Shown here in pieces: positions 32,336 through 41,818 of a stretch of DNA of 64,000 bases. The stretch is from an uncultured Candidatus Saccharibacteria bacterium (GTDB taxonomy: Bacteria > Patescibacteriota > JACMRA01). The stretch lies in the NCBI GenBank assembly GCA_964434775.1, contig CAYSWH010000005.1:2706-66705 (forward strand), read 5' to 3'. A program made the position numbers and the translations under genes. Numbering within the stretch: position 1 is the stretch's first letter; each line of letters begins with the position of its first letter. Under the pieces are notes generated by a model. It saw only the letters and a list, made by a program, of their open reading frames with translations. It did no database searches and had not been told where the DNA came from.

Positions 32336-32835
32336 TTTTTTTGCTGATCCCCGGCTTGGCCAATATTTTTCCCTCCTTACTAAAAAATATCAAAATAATG
32401 GAAGGACCGGTAGATCTTGGCCTTAAATATAAAGGGAAAAGAATCTTCGGTGATAATAAAACGATTAGAGGTATTGTTTTGGGAAGTCTACTCGCCACTT
32501 TATTAGGTTTTTTATTGTTTGGATTTTATGAGATTAACCCAAATCTGGGGCATTTAAGCAATCTCGAAATTTTTTCTTTTTGTTTCATAATGTCTTTACT
32601 TAGCCTTAGCGGAGATTTACTTGGAAGCTTTCTTAAGAGACAGCTTAATATTACTCCCGGTGACTCACTCTTGTTAGTCGATCAAATTGATTGGATAGTT
32701 TTTCCTTTGATATATTATTACATACTTTTTGGCCCTCAAGACTTGATATGGGCAACAATTTTTCTTGCCCCGATATGTCACCTTAGTATTAAATTGATTG
32801 CCTATTATCTAAGAATTGAGAAAAAAGCGATTTAG
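32311..32835 (+). CDS. CDP-archaeol synthase (CarS/DUF46)-like membrane protein
   Basis: GPVDLGLKYKGKRIFGDNKTIRG and GDLLGSFLKRQLNITPGDSLLLVDQIDW resemble conserved CarS motifs. It is ~170 aa, multi-TM, and overlaps the upstream gene by 25 nt. Confidence 0.65.
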   Translation: MEILYQTLVFLLIPGLANIFPSLLKNIKIMEGPVDLGLKYKGKRIFGDNKTIRGIVLGSLLATLLGFLLFGFYEINPNLGHLSNLEIFSFCFIMSLLSLSGDLLGSFLKRQLNITPGDSLLLVDQIDWIVFPLIYYYILFGPQDLIWATIFLAPICHLSIKLIAYYLRIEKKAI

Positions 32836-32837
32836 AT

Positions 32838-33521
32838 ATGGAAAAAAAATTAATTATCTTTGACTTTGACGGAGTAATTGCTGACGGATTTCCTTTTGGA
32901 AGAAAAAATCTACATTCTTCTTACATAGAATTGGCCGAGAAATATGAAAGTTTAAGTCGCCTTAAATTTGAAGAATTCACAATTAAAAATCTAATTAAGT
33001 CAGGTATAAAATTAAATCCTCTCAAATATCCCAACTTTCTTAAAGATCTGTTTCATATATATAAGCGAAAAAAATATGACTTGATCCTTCATGAAGGGAT
33101 TGACGAAGTAGTTAAGAGTCTTGCCGGAAAAGAGTACCTCATTACTATTGCTTCCTACACTTTTTCAAACGTAATCAACTGGTTCTTAAAAAAACACTTG
33201 TTGCAAGAACACTTTATCAAAGTATTGGGACCTAATCACAATTTGCACAAATATCACAATTTATTAAAGTTAATGAAAACATTTAAGGTCAAACCTGAAA
33301 ACACCGTTTTGATAACCGATACCGTAATTGATCTCAAACAAGCTAACAGAGCCGGAATTAAAACCATCGCAGTTTCATATGGTCATGGTAAAATCAATGA
33401 TTTAAAAGAGGAGGGCTTTAATCAACTGGTTCATGCTCCAAGTGATATTCTAAAGGCTATTGAGAAAATTTTTAATACCAATATCAATAATGAAGAAAGA
33501 AACAATCAAGGAATTAGTTAG
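32838..33521 (+). CDS. HAD-superfamily hydrolase
   Basis: Motif I IIFDFDGVIAD and late motif ITDTVIDLKQANRAGIKTIAV. Confidence 0.7.
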   Translation: MEKKLIIFDFDGVIADGFPFGRKNLHSSYIELAEKYESLSRLKFEEFTIKNLIKSGIKLNPLKYPNFLKDLFHIYKRKKYDLILHEGIDEVVKSLAGKEYLITIASYTFSNVINWFLKKHLLQEHFIKVLGPNHNLHKYHNLLKLMKTFKVKPENTVLITDTVIDLKQANRAGIKTIAVSYGHGKINDLKEEGFNQLVHAPSDILKAIEKIFNTNINNEERNNQGIS

Positions 33522-34281
33522 TCTGAACCGGGATTTTTATGAAAGAATAGGTAAATATTGGAATAACCAAGAGTCATTCGAATGGTCGGGATGGGATAGA
33601 CTTACACCAATGATAAACAATCTCGACAGGAGGAGTCCCAAAAGCAAGCTGCGAGTGCTTGACCTGGGTTGTGGGAACGGTAGATTTTTACAATTTATAA
33701 AAAAAAATTGCCCTGATTTTGAACTTGATTACTTTGGTTTAGACTTTTCCGATTTCTATTTAGAAGAAACTGCGTCCAAAGAAGGAACCTTTATTAAGGC
33801 TGACCTGATTTTTGATGATTGGCCAAAACTAATTACAAAAAGAATCCAAACCAAAAGAGGCCAAGGTTGGTTTGATTTGATTGTCCTTTTTGGAGTGGTA
33901 CACCATATCCCGGGAATTACATCCAGACAAAATCTTTTTCATAACATTTCGAAATTACTGAAGACTAACGGAATATTCGTCTTTACTAAATGGAACTTTG
34001 CAAGCCTACCAAGATTGCAAAAGCGTATACTTGATTTAACCGGTCAATCAGAACTGGTTCAATTAGGAAATTTTGCTATTAAAAAGAAAGAGTTGGAAAA
34101 AAATGATTACATTCTTGATTGGGTAAAATATGAAAAAGCCTATCGCTTTGCTCATGACCTGCAAAACGAGGAAATTTACTTATTTCTAAGGACAAGTGAT
34201 CTCGAGTTGGTTTATACCTTTGAAGCTGACGGCAGCAGTGAAAGACAGAACAGATATTATGTTGGAGTCAAGAATGGTTGA
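33490..34281 (+). CDS. Class I SAM-dependent methyltransferase
   Basis: Motif I VLDLGCGNGRF and post-I motif. The ATG at 33490 is preferred over the track start at 33460. Confidence 0.7.
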   Translation: MKKETIKELVSLNRDFYERIGKYWNNQESFEWSGWDRLTPMINNLDRRSPKSKLRVLDLGCGNGRFLQFIKKNCPDFELDYFGLDFSDFYLEETASKEGTFIKADLIFDDWPKLITKRIQTKRGQGWFDLIVLFGVVHHIPGITSRQNLFHNISKLLKTNGIFVFTKWNFASLPRLQKRILDLTGQSELVQLGNFAIKKKELEKNDYILDWVKYEKAYRFAHDLQNEEIYLFLRTSDLELVYTFEADGSSERQNRYYVGVKNG

Positions 34282-34336
34282 TTTTGTTATCTCTAAATAA
34301 ATTAAATTTTAACGGCGTCCTACCAATTTCGTAAAC

Positions 34337-35653
34337 TTATCGAAAGGTTTGAAACACTCCTTCCAAAGCTTCCGGATCACCGTCTTGTCGACCGGCAATG
34401 TAATAAATGTAGCCTTCTTTCTTAATAAAGTAATATATCTCCAAGACTCCTTGTGCATTTAGAATTGTAACCTTCTTAGAGTTGTGAACGGAATTACGTA
34501 TATCAACTGATTCTTGCACTTGCAGGCCCAGAGTAAATTGGCTTACTATCTCTTCGAGGCCGGCAGCACTCTGCTGACGATTAACAAAGATTTTTCCGCT
34601 GGCACCTTCCAAAATCAAGGCATCATTTAACTGACTATTCGGTTTGACTTGATAGTTGGAAGGGTATCTAAAGGTCACTCCAAAACCATCATTGTATTCC
34701 TGCCAAGATTGGTACTTCGAATCAACCTCCTGATTGTCCGGAGCCTGAGGCAATTCAGAAGGGACATCTTCTACAGGTTGCTCCGTTACAACTTCCTCTT
34801 CTTGAGACCGTTTCTCCTCTTCTTGTTTTGGCTCTTCTTCAACCACCTCCGGAGCTTCTTCTCCATTAAAAGTATTTTTTTCTCCTTCTGAAAGATCTCT
34901 AGTGTATAACTTGCCGCCGATTAAGCATTTTTCTTTAAAAACACCCGATATTTTCCCACCTTCATCTTTACAGCCTTCGAAGTTCGAAACTATAACCGGG
35001 CCTTTCTCTTCCAGCTCAGGTTTATTTACAGAGGTCGACTCTTCTTTTTTCTCCGATTTATTTTCTACATTTGCTTTTGACTGTCCGCTACTTACAAAAC
35101 TGTATATACCAAAAGTAAAAGCGGTAGTTGAAACTAGAATTACAGCAACGACTAAGATAGCATGTTTGGGCTTAATTTTTTTTAATAATGAATCAAATAT
35201 TTTTTTCTTGGAATCATTTTTAGCATCCTGACCGTACAATAGGCTGAATTTATGTTTATAACGCTCATATTTTTCTTTAGAATCGGTCACATACTTTTCA
35301 TCTTTCAAAATGTCTTCTTCTTCTGCTACAAAAGTATTCAGGTAATTCTTTTGCTCAGATTGTTCAATTGCTTGTCTATTAATTAGTCTCTTTAGATTGC
35401 TTCCGGGGAAAATTTTACTCCTAACTACTTTCCAGACTCCTTGCCAATCAAACAACCTTTCCTTGGTATATATTATTAAAAAGTATTCTTGGAGGATTTG
35501 ACCGGTAATCTTTTGAGAATATTTCACTCTTCCGTCGTGCTTGAGTAGAAACTTCAAAGTCTTAAAATACACTTCTTCCCACTGGTTGTAAGAAATAATC
35601 TGAGGTCTGGGAGCCGTTTTAAGATTCTTTGATTTATTTTGGAGAATATCCAT
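34337..35653 (-). CDS. Single-pass membrane protein with Glu/Lys-rich linker, unknown function
   Basis: Long ORF with one central TM segment (AILVVAVILVSTTAFTFGIYSFV). No motif was recognised. Confidence 0.45.
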   Translation of the reverse strand: MDILQNKSKNLKTAPRPQIISYNQWEEVYFKTLKFLLKHDGRVKYSQKITGQILQEYFLIIYTKERLFDWQGVWKVVRSKIFPGSNLKRLINRQAIEQSEQKNYLNTFVAEEEDILKDEKYVTDSKEKYERYKHKFSLLYGQDAKNDSKKKIFDSLLKKIKPKHAILVVAVILVSTTAFTFGIYSFVSSGQSKANVENKSEKKEESTSVNKPELEEKGPVIVSNFEGCKDEGGKISGVFKEKCLIGGKLYTRDLSEGEKNTFNGEEAPEVVEEEPKQEEEKRSQEEEVVTEQPVEDVPSELPQAPDNQEVDSKYQSWQEYNDGFGVTFRYPSNYQVKPNSQLNDALILEGASGKIFVNRQQSAAGLEEIVSQFTLGLQVQESVDIRNSVHNSKKVTILNAQGVLEIYYFIKKEGYIYYIAGRQDGDPEALEGVFQTFR

Positions 35654-35763
35654 ATCTACTTCAAAGTATAATTTATGTTTATTGTTTTGTCGAAATTTCT
35701 TGACTATTTTTGAAAAAATAGAAAATTATTTTTAGCTATTTCAATTTTCCTTCAAAAAACAGT

Positions 35764-36357
35764 ATGATCCAGTCAATTTTTGAGTTTTTGGTTTTGATAA
35801 ATCCTTTTGCTTTATTTCTTTATCTTTTGCCTATAATGCAAGAGCTGGACAACAAAACTTTCGACAAAGTCCTCTTTAGAGCCAGTTTAATTTCCTTAGC
35901 CCTGTTCGTAATGTTCTTATTCGGAGGAACTTACATTTTTACCGAAATCTTCCGAGTTGATATCGAATCATTTCGCTTGTTTGGTGGTATTATTATTTTC
36001 GCCTTTGCTTTTTTGTATATTATCAAAGGGGATAAAGCTTTTATTAGACTCAAAGACCTTCACGACCTCCCGGCTGATATCGCTTTGCCTTTTATGGTTG
36101 GAGCCGGAACAATCTCCTTGAGTATGTTTTACGGAACTAAGCATGGAACCTTGAATGGGGTTGGGGTTATTGTTATTGCTCTTGTCATTAATTTTGCAAT
36201 AATTCTCGTACTAAAATACTCCAGAGACAAAATGCCCAAAAACCTTAAACTTGGTTTTGATAGACTTATGGACGTGTTTCTAAGACTAAACGGGTTTTTT
36301 GTCGGGTCTATCGGCGTGGAAATGATTAGGTCTGCTCTGAATAACATTTATTTTTAG
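35764..36357 (+). CDS. MarC/UPF0056-family integral membrane protein
   Basis: ~197 aa with 6 hydrophobic segments. The N-terminal LINPFALF and overall layout are typical of the MarC family. Confidence 0.6.
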   Translation: MIQSIFEFLVLINPFALFLYLLPIMQELDNKTFDKVLFRASLISLALFVMFLFGGTYIFTEIFRVDIESFRLFGGIIIFAFAFLYIIKGDKAFIRLKDLHDLPADIALPFMVGAGTISLSMFYGTKHGTLNGVGVIVIALVINFAIILVLKYSRDKMPKNLKLGFDRLMDVFLRLNGFFVGSIGVEMIRSALNNIYF

Positions 36358-36466
36358 TTTAATAGTAAGCGTTAAGGAAGGAATTTGACCTATCGTTATT
36401 ACTATACTATAATTGTTATTAGCCTGTTATTGACTTAAAAAAAATTAGCAACAAACACAAAAAATT

Positions 36467-37138
36467 ATGAAAACAAAAAAAGCTGCCCAACACAGTTCAA
36501 AAAAAGTTCAGAAAAAGAAAAATGATCTTAAAGAACAAACAAAGATCAAAATAATCTTTGCTTTAGGAGTTTTATTTGCGATTATCCTAGCCGGTTTTAG
36601 CTTATATACTTACAACCAAAGCCAAGAAGACGCCAAGGCCAGCGAATGGTACAACTTTTATATATCCGGTAACGGTAAGCACATATGTGTCGAAGGAACC
36701 TTGCAATATTATGACGGTTTTAGTATAGACTGGAATGAACATCCTAATGTTGGCCTACCTGTAGCCAACAATGCAAATAATGGCTACTATTGTCTACCAA
36801 ACCAGTCCGGAGCTGCAACTGCTTATCTAGTAAGAAATGGTAATGTAATTGCAAGCAAACACTTCAGGAGTGAAGGCAGTCCATATAACACCCTCCCACC
36901 CGGACATTACGGTCCTACATTAAGTATTACTTACGGTATTAGCGGTAATCAAGTTTGTGCCCATAATATTCAGCAAGGTTATACAGTACAAGCCAACATA
37001 GACGGCACTAATATTATCCATAGTGCGGTAAGTCCGGGAAACGGATCATCTGTATGCTTTCCTAACCAACAAGGATCCTTTCATTTTACAGTCTACGATA
37101 CTAATGGTGGATGGGTTCATAATGGAACAGTTTGGTAA
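36467..37138 (+). CDS. Membrane-anchored/secreted hypothetical protein (Gly/Asn/Tyr-rich)
   Basis: Lys-rich N-terminus, one TM segment, then a beta-rich composition. It is followed by a clear terminator. Confidence 0.45.
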   Translation: MKTKKAAQHSSKKVQKKKNDLKEQTKIKIIFALGVLFAIILAGFSLYTYNQSQEDAKASEWYNFYISGNGKHICVEGTLQYYDGFSIDWNEHPNVGLPVANNANNGYYCLPNQSGAATAYLVRNGNVIASKHFRSEGSPYNTLPPGHYGPTLSITYGISGNQVCAHNIQQGYTVQANIDGTNIIHSAVSPGNGSSVCFPNQQGSFHFTVYDTNGGWVHNGTVW

Positions 37139-37164
37139 AAACTATTTAACAAAACCGATAATAG

Positions 37165-37190
37165 CCACGGAACAAATCCGTGGTTTTTTA
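37165..37190 (+). terminator. Rho-independent terminator
   Basis: CCACGGA-ACAAA-TCCGTGG followed by TTTTTTATT. Confidence 0.75.
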
Positions 37191-37219
37191 TTCTATATTA
37201 ATGAGATTTTTAAAACACC

Positions 37220-37248
37220 TTGACACTCCTTGTAAATAATTTTATGCT
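37220..37248 (+). promoter_or_regulatory. Candidate sigma70-type promoter
   Basis: TTGACA (37220-37225), a 17-nt spacer, then TATGCT (37243-37248). Confidence 0.4.
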
Positions 37249-37276
37249 ATTGCAAATTTTTTACCTACCTCGTTTT

Positions 37277-37573
37277 ATGTCTCTACACAAAGTTCTCGCC
37301 ATTTTACATAAACAAAAACAACTGCCACCTTGGATTAAATGCTCAAGAGAAAGCTCTGATTTAGAAGACGAAGAGTTTGTGATTCAACTTAATAAACAAT
37401 CTGTTACAGCAAAAGATGTTGAAGAAAATGTTGATCTGCTTTTCACTTTTACCAGCCGGTTAAGGCACGATATTCATTTTGATACAAATACTCTCACCCC
37501 GCAACCAAATTCCGACTCCTGTAATGAAGTTCTTAATCAAATAGCCAAAACCTTGGTGAGGAGGATTAGATAA
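37277..37573 (+). CDS. Hypothetical protein
   Basis: The ORF is MSLHKVLAILHKQ.... The start is chosen downstream of the candidate promoter. No motif was recognised. Confidence 0.3.
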   Translation: MSLHKVLAILHKQKQLPPWIKCSRESSDLEDEEFVIQLNKQSVTAKDVEENVDLLFTFTSRLRHDIHFDTNTLTPQPNSDSCNEVLNQIAKTLVRRIR

Positions 37574-37641
37574 TTATTTTAAGATAATATAATCAAGTCG
37601 ATACCTACAGTTTTTTATTTTGCCTCAAGATCAAAAGCACT

Positions 37642-38445
37642 CTACCAAATACTCGCAAAGTGATGCACCGGACCGTGACCCTGACCTAATTTATAATCTC
37701 GACCGGTTGAAATAGCCTTGGAAATATAATTCTTGGCTTCTTTTACAGCATTTTCCAAAGAATAATCTTTAGCCAAAAATCCGGTAATCGCTGATGAAAG
37801 GGTACAGCCCGTACCATGTAAATTATTTGTTTCTATTCTCCGACAAGAATATTTTTGAATTGATGAACCTGTTGCTAGCCAGTCACTACTTAAATCGCCA
37901 CCCAAATGACCTCCTTTGAGTAAGACGGCATTACTTCCTAATTTTAAGAGATCGCGACAAGCTTGCTTAGCCTGATTAGCATTCAAACTATTTAAACCAA
38001 GTAGGATCTTAGTTTCATAAACATTCGGAGTAATTATTGTAGCTAGAGGAAATAGTAATTCTTTCAAGGCATCTATCGATTCGTCCAGCAAGAGCTTATC
38101 TCCGCTTTTAGCTACCATGACAGGATCTAAAATAATTTTTTTTACTTCGTATAAAGCTAAAGTATCAGCTACAACTTTGATTATTTCAGGAGTTTGAAGC
38201 ATACCTATTTTCACAGCATCAACTCCGATATCATCCATAACCGCTTGAATTTGCTTCTTTACAAAAATGGGATCAATCGCCAAAACTTCACGTACTTCTT
38301 TGGTATTTTGAGCGGTCAGTGCAGTTATAACGGACATCCCATAGCATCCAAGAGAAGAAAATGTTTTTAAGTCGGCCTGAATTCCTGCACCACCTCCACT
38401 ATCCGATCCGGCTATTGTCAAAGTCCTATAGTATTGTTTGCTCAT
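37642..38445 (-). CDS. thiD: Hydroxymethylpyrimidine/phosphomethylpyrimidine kinase
   Basis: TIAGSDSGGGAGIQADLKTF, KIGML and GTGCTLSSAI motifs. Confidence 0.9.
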   Translation of the reverse strand: MSKQYYRTLTIAGSDSGGGAGIQADLKTFSSLGCYGMSVITALTAQNTKEVREVLAIDPIFVKKQIQAVMDDIGVDAVKIGMLQTPEIIKVVADTLALYEVKKIILDPVMVAKSGDKLLLDESIDALKELLFPLATIITPNVYETKILLGLNSLNANQAKQACRDLLKLGSNAVLLKGGHLGGDLSSDWLATGSSIQKYSCRRIETNNLHGTGCTLSSAITGFLAKDYSLENAVKEAKNYISKAISTGRDYKLGQGHGPVHHFASIW

Positions 38446-38457
38446 ATATAAGTTTGT

Positions 38458-39126
38458 TCAAATCTTTGAATCAGGAAAATTAAAATGATTCAACATTTTT
38501 CGAATATCGCCGAAAATATTATCAGACTGAGAAATAGCAGTAACCACGGCCACTCCGTCAACTCCCGTTGAAAGAACCTTTTGAAGATTACTTGTTTTAA
38601 CTGAACCGATTGCTACCGCAGGTAACCCAACTTCTTTTTTTATCTCCTCCACTGCATTCAAACCTATGCCTTCAGGAGCTTCTTTCTTGGTTTGAGTAGA
38701 AAAAACCGGACCAATACCAAGATAGTCAGCTCCCTGAGATTTAGCTTCCACAGCCTCTTGCATGATCGTTGCTGAGATTCCAACTATTTTGTCAGGACCT
38801 AATATCTTCCTTGCTTCTCTAATCGGCAAATCATCCCAACCCAAATGTACTCCGTCAGCATCAACTGCTGCAGCCAAATCAATTCTGTCATTGATCACGA
38901 AGGGAATATTGTGTTTATCTGTCATCAGTTTAATTCGCTTAGCTTGCAAGTACAAATCTGCATCACTGGCTTCTTTGTTCCTTAGTTGCAAAAAAGTTAT
39001 ACCTGCTTTTAAGGCTTCCTTAATTATTTTTTCTATTTGTCGGTTCAAAGTTAATTTCGGATCAGTTACAAAATATACTTTAAGATATTTTGAGATATTT
39101 TGCTTATATTTTTCTGATTTGGACAT
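38458..39126 (-). CDS. thiE: Thiamine-phosphate synthase
   Basis: LQLRNKEASD, FVINDRIDLA, DGVHLG and GIGPVFSTQTK motifs. Confidence 0.9.
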   Translation of the reverse strand: MSKSEKYKQNISKYLKVYFVTDPKLTLNRQIEKIIKEALKAGITFLQLRNKEASDADLYLQAKRIKLMTDKHNIPFVINDRIDLAAAVDADGVHLGWDDLPIREARKILGPDKIVGISATIMQEAVEAKSQGADYLGIGPVFSTQTKKEAPEGIGLNAVEEIKKEVGLPAVAIGSVKTSNLQKVLSTGVDGVAVVTAISQSDNIFGDIRKMLNHFNFPDSKI

Positions 39127-39925
39127 AATTCTTAATTTCTTGATCGCTTAAATTATAAAATTTATCGAAGAAGGCAACTCTAAAGGAGCCTGGTCCTTCA
39201 GTTTTTTGAGAAACCAACTCGGCAGCCAGACCGTAAAGCGAGATCGCAGCCAAAGCGCCAACTAAATTGTCACTTGGACCTTCGGAGGCTCCGAGATAAG
39301 TAGCTACAACTGCGGTCGCCATACAACCTGTGCCAACTAAAGACTGCATCCATGAGGTATCATTTTCCACTATAAAGGTTTTTTCGCCGTCAGTAACAAT
39401 ATCACTAACACCTGTCATTACAACAATTGTAGAATATTTTTTTGCTGCTTGCTTGGCTATCTTAACCGGATCTCCTTCCAATCCGGCAGAATCGACGCCT
39501 TTAACCTTGCTTTTAACCCCGGCCATAACACCTATTTCTCCTTGATTAGCTCTAATAGCATCAATTTTAATTTTTTGCGAGAATTCTTTTATCAACCTTG
39601 TTCGAGAATTAGTAGCTCCAATACCTACCGGATCTAAAATCACCGGAATTCTTTTTTGGTTAGCCTCTCTTCCAGCCATAATCGCTGAAGCCTGCCATTC
39701 ACTGTTTAAATTTCCCGGATTGACACACAGACTACTGCAAACGGCAGTCATTTCTTCAACTTCCGGAAGAGAATGCCCCATCACCGGAGAACCTCCGGCA
39801 TGAAGAGTAATATTCGCCACTTCACTCATAGTTACCAAATTGGTAACATGATTAATCAAAGGGTTTTTTTTCTTCAATTTTTTTCTATAGTCAACAATTT
39901 TATCAACAATTATTTTATCTACCAT
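39104..39925 (-). CDS. thiM: Hydroxyethylthiazole kinase
   Basis: PLINHVTNLVTMSEVANITLHAGGSPVM, DPVGIGAT and GTGCMATAV motifs. It overlaps thiE by 23 nt. Confidence 0.9.
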   Translation of the reverse strand: MVDKIIVDKIVDYRKKLKKKNPLINHVTNLVTMSEVANITLHAGGSPVMGHSLPEVEEMTAVCSSLCVNPGNLNSEWQASAIMAGREANQKRIPVILDPVGIGATNSRTRLIKEFSQKIKIDAIRANQGEIGVMAGVKSKVKGVDSAGLEGDPVKIAKQAAKKYSTIVVMTGVSDIVTDGEKTFIVENDTSWMQSLVGTGCMATAVVATYLGASEGPSDNLVGALAAISLYGLAAELVSQKTEGPGSFRVAFFDKFYNLSDQEIKNYVQIRKI

Positions 39926-40065
39926 ACATTATTTAGTGTAATAAAAGTTAAAAATAGATTAACCCAAAATACTCTTAGAATGATCAACAACACTCTTTTT
40001 ATTTGTCAATTGCCTAAAAAGTTTTTTTATTTTATAATGTTTTTCCAGAACAAATATACCGTCAA

Positions 40066-40716
40066 ATGAAAGTCGCTATAATCAAATATAACTCCGGTAA
40101 TATTCAATCCGTTATTTACGCTTTAGAAAAACTTGGTGTGGAAACAGTATATACTGACGACCCGCAAGCTATTCAAAATAGTGACAAAGTGGTCTTTCCC
40201 GGACAAGGGGAGGCTTCTTCAGCTATGAAATATTTACAAAACAAAGGTTTAGACAAAGTAATCAAAGATCTTACCCAGCCAGTACTTGGAATCTGTCTTG
40301 GTCAACAGTTATTTTGCCGTTCTACCGAAGAAGGCGAAGATACAAAATGCCTTGATCTAATTCCGGTGGAAGTTAAGAAATTCAATAAAGAGCCTCTAAA
40401 GTTGACTCTTTCACAAGAGCAAGAAGACTTAAATTCGGAGGTTGAAACATACCAAAACTTTAAAATTCCCCAAATTGGATGGAATAGTATTTACAACTTG
40501 AAATCAAAACTGTTTAAGGATATAGCGGAAAATTCTTTTGTTTACTTTATTCACAGTTACTATTGTCTACCAAATGAATTTAGTATTGCTTCGTGCAGTT
40601 ATATCAATAATTTCTCCGCAGCTATCAAAAAAGACAACTTTTATGCTACTCAGTTTCACCCGGAGAAAAGTGGGGACGTAGGTAGTAAAATTTTAGAAAA
40701 TTTTTTGAAGTTATAA
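40066..40716 (+). CDS. hisH: Imidazole glycerol phosphate synthase, glutamine amidotransferase subunit
   Basis: VFPGQGEAS, GICLGQQL and FHPEKSG (the Cys-His-Glu triad context). An ~35-aa insert lies before IPQIGWN. Confidence 0.85.
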   Translation: MKVAIIKYNSGNIQSVIYALEKLGVETVYTDDPQAIQNSDKVVFPGQGEASSAMKYLQNKGLDKVIKDLTQPVLGICLGQQLFCRSTEEGEDTKCLDLIPVEVKKFNKEPLKLTLSQEQEDLNSEVETYQNFKIPQIGWNSIYNLKSKLFKDIAENSFVYFIHSYYCLPNEFSIASCSYINNFSAAIKKDNFYATQFHPEKSGDVGSKILENFLKL

Positions 40717-40848
40717 GTATCCGGTAACTATTTTGCCAATTTTTTTTATCTGTATATTTTTACATTAATACTTACAATTACTCAGTAAGAACGATCTCAC
40801 TCCATAAAGTATACTTACTTGAGAAATTAGCTAATCAAAAAATTGATC

Positions 40849-40877
40849 TTGACAGAAAGAAGGAAGTGTCTTAATAC
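40849..40877 (+). promoter_or_regulatory. Candidate sigma70-type promoter of the yerC-like/hisG operon
   Basis: TTGACA (40849-40854), a 17-nt spacer, then TAATAC (40872-40877). Confidence 0.5.
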
Positions 40878-40896
40878 TTTACTTTGTTAAAGTAAA
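40878..40896 (+). promoter_or_regulatory. Perfect 8-bp inverted repeat (candidate operator)
   Basis: TTTACTTT-GTT-AAAGTAAA sits immediately after the -10 box and 5 nt before the ATG of the TrpR-like gene. Confidence 0.45.
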
Positions 40897-40901
40897 ATAC
40901 T

Positions 40902-41216
40902 ATGTCTACACACAACAACAAAAAATCGTTAAACCATGCAGAAGTTACAAGTCTAACTGAAGCGGTTTTGGAGCTTAACAATCCTGATGAGGCCAAGAAA
41001 TTTTTTCGAGACTTGCTTACGGAATCTGAAATGGAAGAATTCGGAAAGAGATGGAAGGTGGCAAGAATGCTCTATCAAAAAATTCCCTACTCGCAAATCG
41101 AAAAAACCACAGGCATGAGTTCCACCACTATTGCCAGAATTTCCAGGTGGCTCAATAAGGGTACCGGTGGTTATAAATTAATGCTGGAACGAGTTATGAA
41201 AAAAGAAGAAGCATGA
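40902..41216 (+). CDS. YerC/YecD-family TrpR-like DNA-binding protein
   Basis: ~100 aa with FFRDLLTESEMEEFGKRWKVARML...YSQIEKTTGMSSTTIARISRWL, which matches the YerC/YecD (TrpR-related) pattern. Its stop overlaps the hisG start. Confidence 0.7.
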   Translation: MSTHNNKKSLNHAEVTSLTEAVLELNNPDEAKKFFRDLLTESEMEEFGKRWKVARMLYQKIPYSQIEKTTGMSSTTIARISRWLNKGTGGYKLMLERVMKKEEA

Positions 41217-41812
41217 CACTTAGAATCGCTTTACAATCAAAGGGAAGGCTGTTAGAGGGTAGTCTGGAATATCTAAAAAAATCAGGATTGGACTTGTCTG
41301 ACAAGCAATCAAAATATTCATGGATAGATCAAAGTAAGGATATTGAAATTGTTTTTTTAAGAGATGACGATATTCCCGAGTTGGTATCTAGAGGTTTGCT
41401 GGACTTTGGAGTTATTGGTTACAACGAAGTACTGGAAAAAAACCCAAGAATAAAAATATGTCGCCATCTAAATTTTGCACAGTGTAAACTTGTTTTGGCC
41501 GTCCCGGAAACGAGTCGAATAAAAGCTCCGGAGGATCTCAATTTGGAAAGAATTTTCACCTCCTACCCTCAAATAACAAATAATTATTTAATAAAAAAAC
41601 AAATTAAAGCTTCGGTAATCCCCTTTCACGGTTCAGTAGAAATTACTCCGGAATTAGGACTTGCTGATGCAATTAGCGACCTTACTCAATCAGGAAAAAC
41701 TCTAGAGGAACATAACTTAAGGGTTATCGATACCATTTTGAAATCAACGGCAGTTCTAATCGAGAGTTCTTTAGAAAAGGAAGAGAAGAGAAATTTATAT
41801 AACTTATTATAA
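41213..41812 (+). CDS. hisG: ATP phosphoribosyltransferase, short form
   Basis: LRIALQSKGRL, DIPELVSRGLLDFGVIGYN and DLTQSGKTLEEHNL. The 199-aa length matches the HisZ-dependent short form. Confidence 0.85.
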   Translation: MTLRIALQSKGRLLEGSLEYLKKSGLDLSDKQSKYSWIDQSKDIEIVFLRDDDIPELVSRGLLDFGVIGYNEVLEKNPRIKICRHLNFAQCKLVLAVPETSRIKAPEDLNLERIFTSYPQITNNYLIKKQIKASVIPFHGSVEITPELGLADAISDLTQSGKTLEEHNLRVIDTILKSTAVLIESSLEKEEKRNLYNLL

Positions 41813-41818
41813 TTAATT

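Noticed and set aside
39926-40065. I expected a TPP riboswitch upstream of thiM-thiE-thiD (minus strand).
   Set aside because: Reading the reverse complement, I found neither the CUGAGA element nor the ACCUGAUCUGGAUAAUGCCAGCG-like core. The 140-nt gap is AT-rich with only a TTGACA-like box. A proper Rfam scan would be decisive, but nothing supports calling it here.
39773-40069. Track ORF 39773-40069 (plus strand, 98 aa) bridging the thiM 5' end and the hisH start.
   Set aside because: It is antisense to thiM over most of its length, and the remainder is AT-rich intergenic sequence with an implausible Phe/Ile/Asn-rich translation.
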